The notes under the pieces are model-generated. The model was not told where the DNA came from. It saw only the letters and a list, made by a program, of their open reading frames with translations, and ran no database searches. A stretch of 64,000 nucleotides of DNA from a virus. Within the stretch, counting starts at the first letter, position 1, and each line of letters opens with the position of its first letter. This document shows positions 18,284-28,159 of the stretch, piece after piece. Where the stretch lies: IMG/VR virus record IMGVR_UViG_3300040959_000769, positions 1-64,000 of that record. One strand, written 5' to 3'. The position numbers were made by a program, and so were the translations under genes.

Positions 18284-18610
18284 ATGACAACGACACAGGA
18301 CACCACAGTCATTGACCAGTTCATCAACGCTCTCACCGAAGAGGTCGCAGACGCATCGTTTGACATCTACAAGACGACGAACGTCAAAGCGACAATCAAC
18401 GATGACGAGTTCACCGACATCATGGCGCAGTGGATTGGCGCACAGATTGACGTTGACGTTTCGTTCCATGTGTATTGCGACGAGCCGTACAACGACTACG
18501 CCGAGTACTACCCCATCGTTGACGGAACCGTCACCTACGAGGGTGTCACCTACAAGTTCCATGCCAACGTGTGGAACGGCGACGGCGACATGTGCGAGGT
18601 CGTCCGATGA
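18284..18610 (+). CDS. Hypothetical acidic early protein
   Basis: Start fits the promoter; phage-like codon use. Confidence 0.65.
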   Translation: MTTTQDTTVIDQFINALTEEVADASFDIYKTTNVKATINDDEFTDIMAQWIGAQIDVDVSFHVYCDEPYNDYAEYYPIVDGTVTYEGVTYKFHANVWNGDGDMCEVVR

Positions 18611-18897
18611 CCCGCACAGTATGGAACGCCGAACATGGCTGGCACGAAACAGACGACGACTACAAGTTGACGATGACCGACACAGGAGCAATCCAATGGG
18701 TCAACACCACAGAACAGGACACAGACGATGAGTGAGAGATACGACATCTACCACAAAGAGAACTACGACAACGACGGCAACGTGCTAACCCGCACATGGC
18801 ACATCATGGATACAGCGAACCGATGCGCCGACATGGGGTTCACGTTTGACGACCGACAAACAGCGTTAGCGAAAGCCAAACGCCTAGACAGGGGGTT

Positions 18898-19080
18898 GTG
18901 ATGAAACGTGTACGACCCGAATACAACATCATGCCCATCCACTACTACGACAGCGACACAGCAGACGCGAACGTGATACGCACCGAATACGTCGTAACCA
19001 GACACGAACGTCCCATCGGATACGTCTACGACACACAAGACGAAGCAGTCGCAAAGTGCAACGAACTAGAGACAGCATGA
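18898..19080 (+). CDS. Hypothetical protein
   Basis: Coupled in the operon. Confidence 0.5.
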   Translation: MMKRVRPEYNIMPIHYYDSDTADANVIRTEYVVTRHERPIGYVYDTQDEAVAKCNELETA

Positions 19081-19799
19081 CATCATTCGTGGATGTCGAA
19101 CCAGACGGCACGTTTCTGCCGGAAGATAAGCACACCATCTCAGACGGCGGAGACCCCAACGTGTTCGGCGGGGTTCTTCATGCCGTCGCTTTGACGGGAG
19201 CCGACAAGCCGGTAGTGAACATCACGACCACGTTCAGACGGTTAGCAAAGCCGTTCGTGCCTATCTCGTCGTATGTGACCAGAACAGACTTGTACGACAT
19301 CGTGACCCTAAAACAGGGCGGTGCCGTCATTAGTACCAGCACTCTCATCACATCGGACAAGCCCATCAGCAATGTTGGCGATGTTGACCCTTTGCCGCAT
19401 AAGCAGTTCCGTGAACGGGAATGGGATTGGGGTTGGGGCAGCGGCAGCGACTTGCTGGCGTACATGACCGGATACTTTCGGCGAGACAGGTCGATGATGT
19501 GGCTCAAGGACCACAAGATGGACCTGGCGGCGGTTGCCACACTTTGCGACTTCGGGACTATCAACCTCGTGCCTCTCGTGGGACAGTTCGGTCGAACAGT
19601 GATGTTGACGTCGCACTTCACCGGGGTGCTGCCGGAATGCTCGAGCCAGGTGACACATCAGATTCGAGCCCAGAGTCAAGGATGTCTCATCACCCAACTT
19701 GACCAGTACACCGAGGATGGTCGCCCTGTGTGTTTGACCACGATGACCGCGAAGGTACGTCAACTTGATACGGGTTGGAAGGGCGGCACTTTCTCTTAG
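19077..19799 (+). CDS. Double hot-dog fold acyl-CoA thioesterase-like (TesB-like) protein
   Basis: NVFGGVLHAVAL, NITTTF, DLAAVATLCDF, QYTEDGRPVCLTTMT match the two hot-dog halves. Confidence 0.7.
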   Translation: MTSFVDVEPDGTFLPEDKHTISDGGDPNVFGGVLHAVALTGADKPVVNITTTFRRLAKPFVPISSYVTRTDLYDIVTLKQGGAVISTSTLITSDKPISNVGDVDPLPHKQFREREWDWGWGSGSDLLAYMTGYFRRDRSMMWLKDHKMDLAAVATLCDFGTINLVPLVGQFGRTVMLTSHFTGVLPECSSQVTHQIRAQSQGCLITQLDQYTEDGRPVCLTTMTAKVRQLDTGWKGGTFS

Positions 19800-19934
19800 T
19801 TCGTAAGGCATACATGGTTCACGCCACCTCGTCCTGTAGAGGGGTATGCCTCTCCTGTCTGTTGGTTTAGGTGAAAAGGGGACAGAAGGAGTGACAGTGA
19901 GCCAGCAGCGAGAACCTTTCACGAGGTCTCAACG

Positions 19935-19973
19935 AAGCCCCATCTTGCTTGCCTGTTTGCCGGATGGGGCTTT
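19935..19973. terminator. Strong hairpin / bidirectional terminator candidate
   Basis: AAGCCCCATC-N18-GATGGGGCTT between convergent genes. Confidence 0.55.
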
Positions 19974-20132
19974 GTGCTGTATCAGCGTCTATGCCGATAC
20001 CACGAAGGGGAAGCAGTGGAACTAGGGGACTTAGGGTGTACGACCTGCGAGCGGAGCCACGCAACAGCCGAAACAGCAAGCATCAGATAGCTCAGCAGCA
20101 CGCTGCCGCACAGTGCGACGACCAGCCCGACC

Positions 20133-20300
20133 TTACCGTTCATGCCGAGCCTTGTCATGGGTTCGAAGAGGATGCCCGTTTTGGAGATACTGCCGCTTCT
20201 TTCCGGCTTTCGTACCAGAAACAGTTTCGACTTCACCCGTTCGAGGATTCAGTCGAGTTCGAGACCCGGACCGCTGCGACGTCGACTTCTTCTTGCCCAT
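20133..20300 (-). CDS. 55-aa basic protein
   Basis: Hand-translated MGKKKSTSQRSGSRTRLNPRTGEVETVSGTKAGKK... Confidence 0.55.
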   Translation of the reverse strand: MGKKKSTSQRSGSRTRLNPRTGEVETVSGTKAGKKRQYLQNGHPLRTHDKARHER

Positions 20301-20335
20301 CAGCCCATTATCTCACAACGGGACTTACGACCGGA

Positions 20336-20965
20336 TCACAGGTCATACTGGATGAACCAGCCTGCACAGTCAGCTACAGTCATCGAGAACTCGAGGCGAA
20401 GTCGATCCCAGTCTTCAGAATGTTCGATCACTCCGGCGTCGAGGCACTCCTCGAGCGCGTCACAGAACCCGTTGTTCCTCAGCAAAGACGTATCGTCTGT
20501 ATGGAGAACATCTCCGAATACCACTTTCTTGCCTACCTCAATGTCAAAAGGTTGGGCACAAATGTGGATGTCGTCCTCCTCCTCAACGTGGATGATTGAC
20601 AAGCACTCCGTCACATCTCCCTCGCCCTTGCCGAACTCCTCAGACAGCGACTTATCCCTTGTTTTATCAGGCTTCTGAGACACGAACGCTTCTGACAGCA
20701 AGGTGAACGAATCGCAGCCCCAAGCACGACGCATCACATGTGCAGCGAAACCGAGACGCTCCATGCGGTCGTCCTCATCGTCGTTATCGCCCCAACCAAT
20801 GTCGTACTGTCCAATTACTGCTAAATGGTCGTCCTTCCAACCAAACAGATTCATCTGAAGTTCCTCACCGATGCCGTACTCGGCGACCAAGTGACGTTTA
20901 GCCGACTGACCAACCGCTAATGCGAGAGCAACTTTTGACTCAGAGCCGGGGTAAACGTCTTCCAC
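20336..20965 (-). CDS. Hypothetical acidic protein
   Basis: 209-aa ORF with natural composition; overlapping + ORFs look like shadows. Confidence 0.7.
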   Translation of the reverse strand: MEDVYPGSESKVALALAVGQSAKRHLVAEYGIGEELQMNLFGWKDDHLAVIGQYDIGWGDNDDEDDRMERLGFAAHVMRRAWGCDSFTLLSEAFVSQKPDKTRDKSLSEEFGKGEGDVTECLSIIHVEEEDDIHICAQPFDIEVGKKVVFGDVLHTDDTSLLRNNGFCDALEECLDAGVIEHSEDWDRLRLEFSMTVADCAGWFIQYDL

Positions 20966-21053
20966 GACTGTTCAGGCTAGTTGATTTCGTCTGGATTTAG
21001 TGGATCTCCTTCGTTTCCACCACGCCAATCGAGAACAAACTAGGCTTATCAAC

Positions 21054-21362
21054 ATGCCAGAACCCAAAGCAAACAAGAAACCAGCAGCCAAAAAGACACC
21101 TGCCAAGAAAACAGCAGCGAAGAAGACAGCCGGAACGAAGAAGACTGTCGCCAAGAAGCCTGCCGCCAAGAAAACCCCAGCCAAAGCCGCCTCGACCAAG
21201 AAAACCACCCCGTCAAAAGCTGCCGCAGCAAAGAAAACAGCTCCCGCAGCGAAGAAAACAGCGGCAGAACCCCCCAAGAACAGCGGCACAAATGTTGTTT
21301 TGATCAACGACATCAAGGATCCAAGCATTCGAAAGCGTCTCGCCGCCTGGTTCAGGCGATAA
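21054..21362 (+). CDS. Histone H1-like Lys/Ala/Pro-rich protein
   Basis: Repeated PAAKK/TAAKK/PAKK motifs. Confidence 0.75.
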   Translation: MPEPKANKKPAAKKTPAKKTAAKKTAGTKKTVAKKPAAKKTPAKAASTKKTTPSKAAAAKKTAPAAKKTAAEPPKNSGTNVVLINDIKDPSIRKRLAAWFRR

Positions 21363-21840
21363 CCCGCCGGATTTCGTCCGCCGTCAGCAGCACGAGCGCG
21401 TACGACACCCCCATCGAGCCGGACTCGTCATCAACTATGACCTCAACTGAGTCATGCGGGACTGCAAAGTGTGACGATAACGCCGCTCGAACCTGAGCGA
21501 CTGTTCGTTCCCCAGCAGCCAGGCTCGACCCCAAAGGATCGAGGAGATCCTGATCTTCGTCGAGATTTTCGACGAGTTCGACCTGGAGATTGCTTCGTTC
21601 GACCTGGTTTTTGTGTCGATCAGCCAGGACGCAGCCGGTACATGCCAGCAGATCTGTCGCCGATTTCCTTTTCCTCGACTCAATGTGACCGCATTCGAGG
21701 TGATGGAGCCACTCGACCTGCCCCCACGAGCCGGTCTTCTCGATTCGAGTGACCTTCTTCCTCGGAGCCGCCTTCTTATTTACCGGCTCTCGAACCACAC
21801 TTCTGCCTCGCTGACTGCTCTTGCGAGTCCCGCTCCCCAT
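21352..21840 (-). CDS. Hypothetical protein with Cys/His motif
   Basis: LECGH...ACTGC. Confidence 0.6.
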   Translation of the reverse strand: MGSGTRKSSQRGRSVVREPVNKKAAPRKKVTRIEKTGSWGQVEWLHHLECGHIESRKRKSATDLLACTGCVLADRHKNQVERSNLQVELVENLDEDQDLLDPLGSSLAAGERTVAQVRAALSSHFAVPHDSVEVIVDDESGSMGVSYALVLLTADEIRRVIA

Positions 21841-22184
21841 TTTGATTCAAGCGCCATCGCCCAAGGCTGCGCTCTCCATCCGGGGATGCCCTGACCCTGA
21901 TCGTAAATGTACTCGATCTTCGTTGCGGCGAGCTCCTCGACTCGTGTCCAGAGTTCTTGCTGCGTCCTGATCCATCCGGCTAACTCGGCGTCCTGCTCCT
22001 CGGTGCGTTCCATCAACACAAGCATCGCAATGTTTGACGGGGGCAACACCTCCAGAACATCTTGCTCAATCTCATCCAGATTTGTGACAGCGAGAAGTAT
22101 CTGCGACTGCTCCAGCAAATCTTTTGGAATTTCTCCAACAAAAGTGTTGACATCTGTGCTCATACTTATTAGAGTAGTCCACAT
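21780..22184 (-). CDS. Hypothetical protein
   Basis: 134-aa ORF; start uncertain. Confidence 0.5.
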   Translation of the reverse strand: MWTTLISMSTDVNTFVGEIPKDLLEQSQILLAVTNLDEIEQDVLEVLPPSNIAMLVLMERTEEQDAELAGWIRTQQELWTRVEELAATKIEYIYDQGQGIPGWRAQPWAMALESKWGAGLARAVSEAEVWFESR

Positions 22185-22446
22185 GACCTACATCAAGTGC
22201 ACACACCCTCCTATCTATTACACAGTTCGTACCTGCGTGCGCTTCGTTTTCTGGGGCTCAATCGCAACACTCGCTATCTGGGCGGTCATGCTCATCGGTG
22301 TCAAGGCAAACGCCTACAACCCGTGCCCTATCAACCTTCACAGCAACTTCACCTACAGCACCACCGAGTGGTACCCCACAATGGAATGCGACATGCCTGA
22401 GAACGTGGAAGTTGACCTACAAGGCAACTGGTGGTGGGCATCGTGA
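22183..22446 (+). CDS. Small membrane/secreted protein
   Basis: Leaderless start 7 nt after TTGACA-N17-TAGAGT (22147-22175); one TM segment. Confidence 0.55.
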   Translation: MTYIKCTHPPIYYTVRTCVRFVFWGSIATLAIWAVMLIGVKANAYNPCPINLHSNFTYSTTEWYPTMECDMPENVEVDLQGNWWWAS

Positions 22447-22537
22447 TCTCACAGCCCTTCGTCATCTTCATGATGTCACTCCTCCTGATCGCCACTATCG
22501 CCTTCGGTATAGCCGAGAAAGGCAAAGGTGACTGGGA

Positions 22538-22750
22538 ATGAGCGACAACCAAATCCCCGACCAATCGTGGAAATACGAAAAGTCCTGTTGGATCGCCGTT
22601 CGTGGCAGAGGATCCATGGGACCCGACGTTCACTGGGGTCCTTTTGAAACATACGCCGACATAGAGGACTGGGCTAAAACCCTGAACTTCGCTGTAGGCT
22701 TCGTAGAACTCAAAGATCCGGACTCAGATCCATCGACCTGGTGGACCTGA
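22538..22750 (+). CDS. Hypothetical protein
   Basis: 70-aa ORF followed by a terminator. Confidence 0.55.
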   Translation: MSDNQIPDQSWKYEKSCWIAVRGRGSMGPDVHWGPFETYADIEDWAKTLNFAVGFVELKDPDSDPSTWWT

Positions 22751-22810
22751 CAATGATCTCAAAATCAACTGGTGAGTGGTAGTAGGTCATACAAAACAAA
22801 CCAGTAATAG

Positions 22811-22848
22811 AAAGACCCCCCGAGTTTCTTCTTCCTCGGGGGGTCTTT
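22811..22848. terminator. Bidirectional intrinsic terminator
   Basis: AAAGACCCCCCGAG-loop-CTCGGGGGGTCTTT between convergent genes. Confidence 0.8.
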
Positions 22849-22859
22849 CTCATTCTCAG

Positions 22860-23048
22860 TTACTTGCTGATAACACCAAGTTGCTCTCTCAGTGCAGTCA
22901 ACTCTGCGTTCGTGTCGTCAATCCTTGCGATCAACATCAACAACGCTGCGACAGTGCCGTACTCCTCGGTCGAAGTGTACGAACGCTCTTGAATATGGGA
23001 CAGGAACTGTGCGTGTTCTGTTGCCAGATCCTGCGCTCCCATCCCCAT
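22860..23048 (-). CDS. Small coiled-coil protein
   Basis: Coupled to ssb. Confidence 0.55.
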   Translation of the reverse strand: MGMGAQDLATEHAQFLSHIQERSYTSTEEYGTVAALLMLIARIDDTNAELTALREQLGVISK

Positions 23049-23488
23049 CAGAACGGTTCGCTGTCTTCGGACTGAGACTGGCGAGTCGGAACCTTCCGAC
23101 CTCCGCCGGACTTCGCTCCTCCGTCGCCGTCACGACGCTTGCGGCTGAAACTGTCAATCGCTCGAGCCGACACTGCGACCTCATCTGCGATCAACTCAAC
23201 CGTTGAGCGGTTATTGCCGTCCTTGTCCTCAAAGGTGCGCTGCTCCAGGCGACCGGTGACAATCACTCGGACACCCTTCTCCAGCACTCCTGCCGCATCT
23301 TCGGCGAGTCCACGCCATGCGACAACATTGAAGAACGACGTCTTCTCTTGCTTTTCACCCTTCTGGTCAGTCCAGTAATGGTTCACCGCCATCGAGAAAC
23401 CCAGCTTCGGCGTTCCGCCGTCGCCCAGGAACCTGAGTTCCGGGTCTTGAGTGATGTTACCGACAAGGGTAGTGGGGCTAGCTGACAT
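23048..23488 (-). CDS. ssb: Single-stranded DNA-binding protein
   Basis: LVGNITQDPELRF, FFNVVAWRGLAE, LEKGVRVIVTGRLEQR, C-terminal EPF. Confidence 0.95.
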   Translation of the reverse strand: MSASPTTLVGNITQDPELRFLGDGGTPKLGFSMAVNHYWTDQKGEKQEKTSFFNVVAWRGLAEDAAGVLEKGVRVIVTGRLEQRTFEDKDGNNRSTVELIADEVAVSARAIDSFSRKRRDGDGGAKSGGGRKVPTRQSQSEDSEPF

Positions 23489-23593
23489 TCGGATCCTCCG
23501 CTTGTTTCAACCCAACGGGACTTCCGTGTGGGCACCGATCATCTTAGCCACCTTTCACCGGGCGATCAAACAACTCGTGCTAGATTTTGTCCC

Positions 23594-23812
23594 ATGAAGC
23601 ACGACCCCGCCGACGCTCGACTCTGGATCATCAATCGACTCGCCGAAACTTTGGTGGATCTAGCCGAAGACGACGAAGATGATGCTGTTGTTGATCTTGA
23701 GGAACTCACCGATCAGATGCGGAATGTTGCTGAGATTTTGATTGAGTCCATCAACCTTGTGGTTACTGGTTCAGATGGGACTACAGGGACAGCAGAGTTT
23801 GGTGATGGCTGA
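23594..23812 (+). CDS. Hypothetical acidic protein
   Basis: 72-aa ORF. Confidence 0.55.
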   Translation: MKHDPADARLWIINRLAETLVDLAEDDEDDAVVDLEELTDQMRNVAEILIESINLVVTGSDGTTGTAEFGDG

Positions 23813-23952
23813 GAAGCCTTACCAGAACAAGGAACTCCCACATGGTTCTGGTGAAGAGAAGCGTTGCCCTGCATGTATGAAGCTTTACAACCCTGCTGTT
23901 GAGCAGCATGTTGTTTTGGAGAAACCTTTGCACCTCGGTAGGTGCGTGAGAT

Positions 23953-24342
23953 TTACTCCTGGTTCGAACATCCCTCGTTCCTGACGACCTCTTCGATCGC
24001 GTTTGCCTGGGCAAGCCCGGATGCGTGAACACATTCGTGTACGAATTTCTCCCAGGCGTCGGTCATTTGTACCTTCATCACGATGTCAGGGTCAAAAGTC
24101 CCGTACTTCTCAAACATGTAGTTGTCGATCTCGTTGCGTTCGAGGACGATCAGGGTGGCGAAGCGTTCGATGTTGTCGATGGAAACCAGAAGATCGACCA
24201 GCCCGTAGTCGCCGAATCGTTTGTGGAACTCGGTGACCAGCCCTTTTGCTGCCGCCCGCCGGAACACTGATTCTGGGTCAACCGCCGCAAACACAATGTT
24301 TTGTAGGCCATCTTCCATTTCTTCGCTGTTTTCGTCGCCCAT
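23953..24342 (-). CDS. Hypothetical protein
   Basis: 129-aa ORF. Confidence 0.6.
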   Translation of the reverse strand: MGDENSEEMEDGLQNIVFAAVDPESVFRRAAAKGLVTEFHKRFGDYGLVDLLVSIDNIERFATLIVLERNEIDNYMFEKYGTFDPDIVMKVQMTDAWEKFVHECVHASGLAQANAIEEVVRNEGCSNQE

Positions 24343-24426
24343 GTGTTGCCCCTAACGTGAAAGTGGGGCGAGGAACTTGTCCCCGCCCCACCATTGTAGG
24401 TGTTATTCAGTTGTCTCTGGGGTGAG

Positions 24427-25452
24427 TTACACCAGAGAGAGCACTGCGTGTTGTGCTTCAATCTTCTTTCGGCTGACCCACGAGTTGTCGTCCATTGACG
24501 CTACTGCTCGTTCGGCGGGCATTGCCGCACGATGGTGGTCAAGGTACTCGCCGATTGCGTTCACCATTGACCAACCGTTGTAGCCGTAGCCGCCAGCGTT
24601 ACGAGAGTTGTCGAAGATCCCCCTGATAAGGGTGTTTACTTCTTCCCTGTTGTTTTTCTGGCGGTCAGTTTCGTCTGCTCGCACGGGGAACACCTTGTTG
24701 AGCACCTTGTCAATCTCTCCTGTTCCGGTACGGACAGGAACAGCAAGCAATGACTCTGCCATCTGCTTGAAGCCTTTCGCCCATTCCGTGGAGATCTCAA
24801 GAACTGTCTGGGCGTCCTCAAGTGCTGAGTCCACGTTCTTGGTGTGTCGGGCAGTGAAGGTTGACTGTGCCTGATGCATTGCCAGTCGGACAGTGTTGTT
24901 GCAGACTGCACGGATGTCGGTGTTGGCGTACTTGATCGCAACCTTGCCGTCGTGACCTGATGTGACTACGAGGTAGCGACTGATTCGGTCGTTGACTCCT
25001 ACGGGGTCAATCACGAGAGGTCCGAGGTCAATCGTCATGAAGAACTGTCGCCCGTCAAAGAGGACACCGGCTGTGTCAATCACTGCGTCGCCTTTGGTGG
25101 CTCCTACGACAGCGAGTGCTCGTTCGGCGACCTCTCGGTTCTGCTTGACCGTGTATCGGGTTCCGACTGTGGCGAGTCCGCCCCATGTGCCGTCTACGTC
25201 CTCACGGACTGTGGCTCGGCTGTCGTCAATGATGATCGGCTTGCCGTCGGGGTCAAGTAGGAGGTTCCCGTCTTCGTCTACTGCGGCGACCTTTACTAGG
25301 TGGACTGTGTAGTCGGCTTGGGCGGCGGTGAGCATCTCGTCAAGTGTGCCGAGTCCCTTCATGGGTGTGCCTAGACGATGCCAGGGTGCTCCTCCTGTTG
25401 CGGAGTAGGCGAACCTCGCCGTTCCGTCGTCGTTCATTTCTAACTCATGCAT
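24427..25452 (-). CDS. DUF932-family (phage/plasmid-like) protein
   Basis: APWHRLG, GAVIDTAGVLFDGRQFF, YLVVTSGHDG, RAVCNNT, RHT, GWSMVNAIGEYLDH. Confidence 0.85.
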   Translation of the reverse strand: MHELEMNDDGTARFAYSATGGAPWHRLGTPMKGLGTLDEMLTAAQADYTVHLVKVAAVDEDGNLLLDPDGKPIIIDDSRATVREDVDGTWGGLATVGTRYTVKQNREVAERALAVVGATKGDAVIDTAGVLFDGRQFFMTIDLGPLVIDPVGVNDRISRYLVVTSGHDGKVAIKYANTDIRAVCNNTVRLAMHQAQSTFTARHTKNVDSALEDAQTVLEISTEWAKGFKQMAESLLAVPVRTGTGEIDKVLNKVFPVRADETDRQKNNREEVNTLIRGIFDNSRNAGGYGYNGWSMVNAIGEYLDHHRAAMPAERAVASMDDNSWVSRKKIEAQHAVLSLV

Positions 25453-25548
25453 GTGTACCCCTTTCATGGGTCTAGTTGATTCGTACCCGAAGCCTAGCCT
25501 CAGATTTATCCCAGAAACAACATTTGTAAAAAAGATTTACCTAAAGCG

Positions 25549-25576
25549 TTGACATCACCTGCGGGAAGGCTAGAAT
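25549..25576 (+). promoter_or_regulatory. SigA-type promoter, probably leaderless
   Basis: TTGACA-N16-TAGAAT, ATG 7 nt downstream. Confidence 0.7.
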
Positions 25577-25583
25577 CAACCAC

Positions 25584-26717
25584 ATGAATCTAACTAGCAG
25601 AGTCAACAAAGCAGTAGAGGCACACATTGAGCGACTCAACGTCATTGACCGCTCGCTCCGCTTCCTGCCCCAGTCGAACTTCCGGGATCAGCGCATGGAC
25701 GGGCTTGAGAACAAGATCCGTGACCAGATCATCTCCGGTCGCATCAAACCCACCGACAACACCGGCATGAATGCAATGGCAGATCATCTAGGCATCATGC
25801 AGAACCAAAAGTTCACAGGCATGCCGGACGGCAGTGATCAAGGTCAAACCAACCTCATGGCAACGCTGGCTACGCTTGCAGAGGAGAAGTGCATGCGAGG
25901 AGAACCCACCACGTTCATCTCGGGTGACATCGTGGACATGTTGGAGGTAGCAAGCGAGACACTTGACTGCGAACCTCTCCGAACCACCGACATCATTTCC
26001 CCCTGTGGCTTCATCTACCTAGAACGACCCCTCGTCGTAGAGATCGGCTCAGAGCACTACAACAACTCAGAGGGAGAAACCGTAGGCATCAGAGCCATGG
26101 CATGGAGAACCAGCGACAACGTGCTCGCCAGCGACGGCAGCGCCGTAGGCGGTCTCTGCGTTTACATCTACAGTGACGCTGGATGCTTGCGCTACATCAC
26201 CGGAGGGAAGCACCTGATCCCCTCGGTCATCCCTGACTCCACGCTCGTACTCCTTGACACAGCAGGTTGGGCGTACAACCAGCCTTGGCGTGAACCCGAA
26301 GAAGGCGAATCGTTCGGCTGGGATGGGAACGTGGTCGTTGCTGCACCAGACGTAGTCGCCCAACGCAACTTTATGCTGTCCCTCTTCCGCTTCATGTGGC
26401 AGGAACTGATCGTCAGGGAATCGGCTGACGTTCCTCGCCCCCTACGACGAGGTGCGGTCAGAGCACTCGGCATTGACGATCCAATCACCATCCTCAAGTT
26501 GCGACGGGCACAACACTCCTCGGAATCGACAGGTGACGGATCCCGACTTGACCACCGGATCTTGGTACGAGGACACTGGCGCAACCAGTGGTACCCGTCC
26601 CTCGGCGCATCAACCGAACCAGAAGCACACCGAATGATCTGGATCGCCCCTCATGTGAAAGGTCCCGAGGACGCTCCGTTCAGGACAAAGCCGAAAGCAA
26701 CAGCGGTAGTGCGCTGA
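25584..26717 (+). CDS. Conserved actinophage-type hypothetical protein
   Basis: C-terminal VRGHWRNQWYPS...IWIAPHVKGPEDAP motif. Confidence 0.75.
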   Translation: MNLTSRVNKAVEAHIERLNVIDRSLRFLPQSNFRDQRMDGLENKIRDQIISGRIKPTDNTGMNAMADHLGIMQNQKFTGMPDGSDQGQTNLMATLATLAEEKCMRGEPTTFISGDIVDMLEVASETLDCEPLRTTDIISPCGFIYLERPLVVEIGSEHYNNSEGETVGIRAMAWRTSDNVLASDGSAVGGLCVYIYSDAGCLRYITGGKHLIPSVIPDSTLVLLDTAGWAYNQPWREPEEGESFGWDGNVVVAAPDVVAQRNFMLSLFRFMWQELIVRESADVPRPLRRGAVRALGIDDPITILKLRRAQHSSESTGDGSRLDHRILVRGHWRNQWYPSLGASTEPEAHRMIWIAPHVKGPEDAPFRTKPKATAVVR

Positions 26718-26778
26718 TCACGCAAAAACATCTGCTAGGTTGCTAGCACCGCTTCCCAGCGGAACCCAACCCCCACAG

Positions 26779-26816
26779 AAAGAGCCCGCCGGATTCACCT
26801 CCCGGCGGGCTCTTTC
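26779..26816. terminator. Bidirectional intrinsic terminator
   Basis: AAAGAGCCCGCCGG-loop-CCGGCGGGCTCTTT. Confidence 0.8.
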
Positions 26817-26821
26817 ACGTT

Positions 26822-27523
26822 TCAGCGAAGTTCTCTCGGTGTCGAACAGTAGTAGTTGCCGTAGTTCCACGGACCAACACTGCATTCCGCCCACATCACA
26901 GCGCATGACTCGGCGTTCAGAGCGAAGTCATCTGCGAAAGCAAACCGGTCGTAGTTCTCTAGCAACTTGCCCTCGTCAAACCAGCCGGACAGGTTGTTCT
27001 GCTGACACAAACCCCACGAATCATCGCCGGTATTACGGTTTCCGTTATGAGCAGAAGAGTCGCACAGCGATTCTCGGCTGATAATCCTCAGCATCTTGTA
27101 AACCGTGTCGTCGGTGGCTCCTCGATCCCAAAGCTCCCTGGCGATTATGTTGGCTTTGACCTGGGAGCAGCCGCTTCCCTCTCCGTAAACCTCTGGTATG
27201 GAACCTTCCCATACAGGTAGAGGCACTGTCGTCTCGGGAGCCCCGCCGTTGATTTCGGTGACAGTAGGCGGTTCTGGTTCCGGTGCGGGCTCGAGAGTTA
27301 TTCCGGCGGGCAGCTCCGGCACTTGCGGGATCCATTCCTCGCTCGAACTCCAGTCGGCGTTTAGATCTTGGATGATCAACGGGTTTCCGAATGGTTCGGC
27401 GATTGTTGTCGGAGGCGGATCGGTGACTACCGCTTGCGGCGAGATCTCTGATCCTGCTTTGGCTACACCGAGGGAGAACAGTGCGGCGGTGAGTATGGCA
27501 AATAGACGGGTAAGGAGAAACAT
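26822..27523 (-). CDS. Secreted lysozyme-like / SLT transglycosylase-like protein
   Basis: Signal peptide, Pro/Thr linker, IISRESLC...DDSWGLCQQN. Confidence 0.7.
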   Translation of the reverse strand: MFLLTRLFAILTAALFSLGVAKAGSEISPQAVVTDPPPTTIAEPFGNPLIIQDLNADWSSSEEWIPQVPELPAGITLEPAPEPEPPTVTEINGGAPETTVPLPVWEGSIPEVYGEGSGCSQVKANIIARELWDRGATDDTVYKMLRIISRESLCDSSAHNGNRNTGDDSWGLCQQNNLSGWFDEGKLLENYDRFAFADDFALNAESCAVMWAECSVGPWNYGNYYCSTPRELR

Positions 27524-27733
27524 GAGAAAGACCTTTCTCTAGGGAAGATGCAGCCCCCGCTGCTGGTGTAGTTACTGTGATTAGTTTACCATTGTGTTAC
27601 GGAACACGGTACACATGCAAGTACCCACGGACTCGGGGGGTGAGTCCGTGGGTACTTACTACCACTTTCTACTTGGCTAAAGTCGGTTCCCGTGGCTCGG
27701 CACCCGACACGGACATTACGTCCGGCGTTCTGG

Positions 27734-28159
27734 TTAGAGGGGTCGAATCAAAGCGTTCTTTGTGTCCTCGGGGAGAGCATCAAGGATCTCGTCACGGACA
27801 TCTCTCATCTCTTCTGCGTGGAACGTGCCGGTAATCTCAAGACCGAATGCGTTGATCTCTTCGTCGGTGTACCCGATGGTTGCTCCGTGTCCGTCGTGCT
27901 TGGTGAGGACTACGGGACCAACGATAACTGCGTCGTCGTACTGGCATGCCGTGGATGCAATCGGGTTGATCATGAAGTCGTTGCGGAACAGTCCCATGTC
28001 GTTCACCACCATGTCGGTGGCGATGCCGTTGATCTCGGCGTCAACGATAGAGATGAGTCCATCAACACACTGTTGAGTCTCAAGGAGGGAGTCGCCTTCG
28101 GCGTGGATGCGGAAAGCGTTTCCCAGCTCGTCTATGTAAAGGAAGTATTCGGTAGTCAT
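27734..28159 (-). CDS. DUF3846-like hypothetical protein
   Basis: MVVNDMGLF...INPIAS...IVGPVVLT...GYTDEEI. Confidence 0.6.
   Translation of the reverse strand: MTTEYFLYIDELGNAFRIHAEGDSLLETQQCVDGLISIVDAEINGIATDMVVNDMGLFRNDFMINPIASTACQYDDAVIVGPVVLTKHDGHGATIGYTDEEINAFGLEITGTFHAEEMRDVRDEILDALPEDTKNALIRPL

Noticed and set aside
19800..20132. tmRNA, RNase P RNA or group I intron as the identity of the hairpinned gap
   Set aside because: No tRNA-like ends or TpsiC arm, no GAGGAAAGUCC, and no P7 R/S consensus on either strand
19949..20678. Plus-strand ORFs 19949-20599 and 20142-20678
   Set aside because: Antisense shadows of 20336-20965 and the small basic gene; no motifs or RBS
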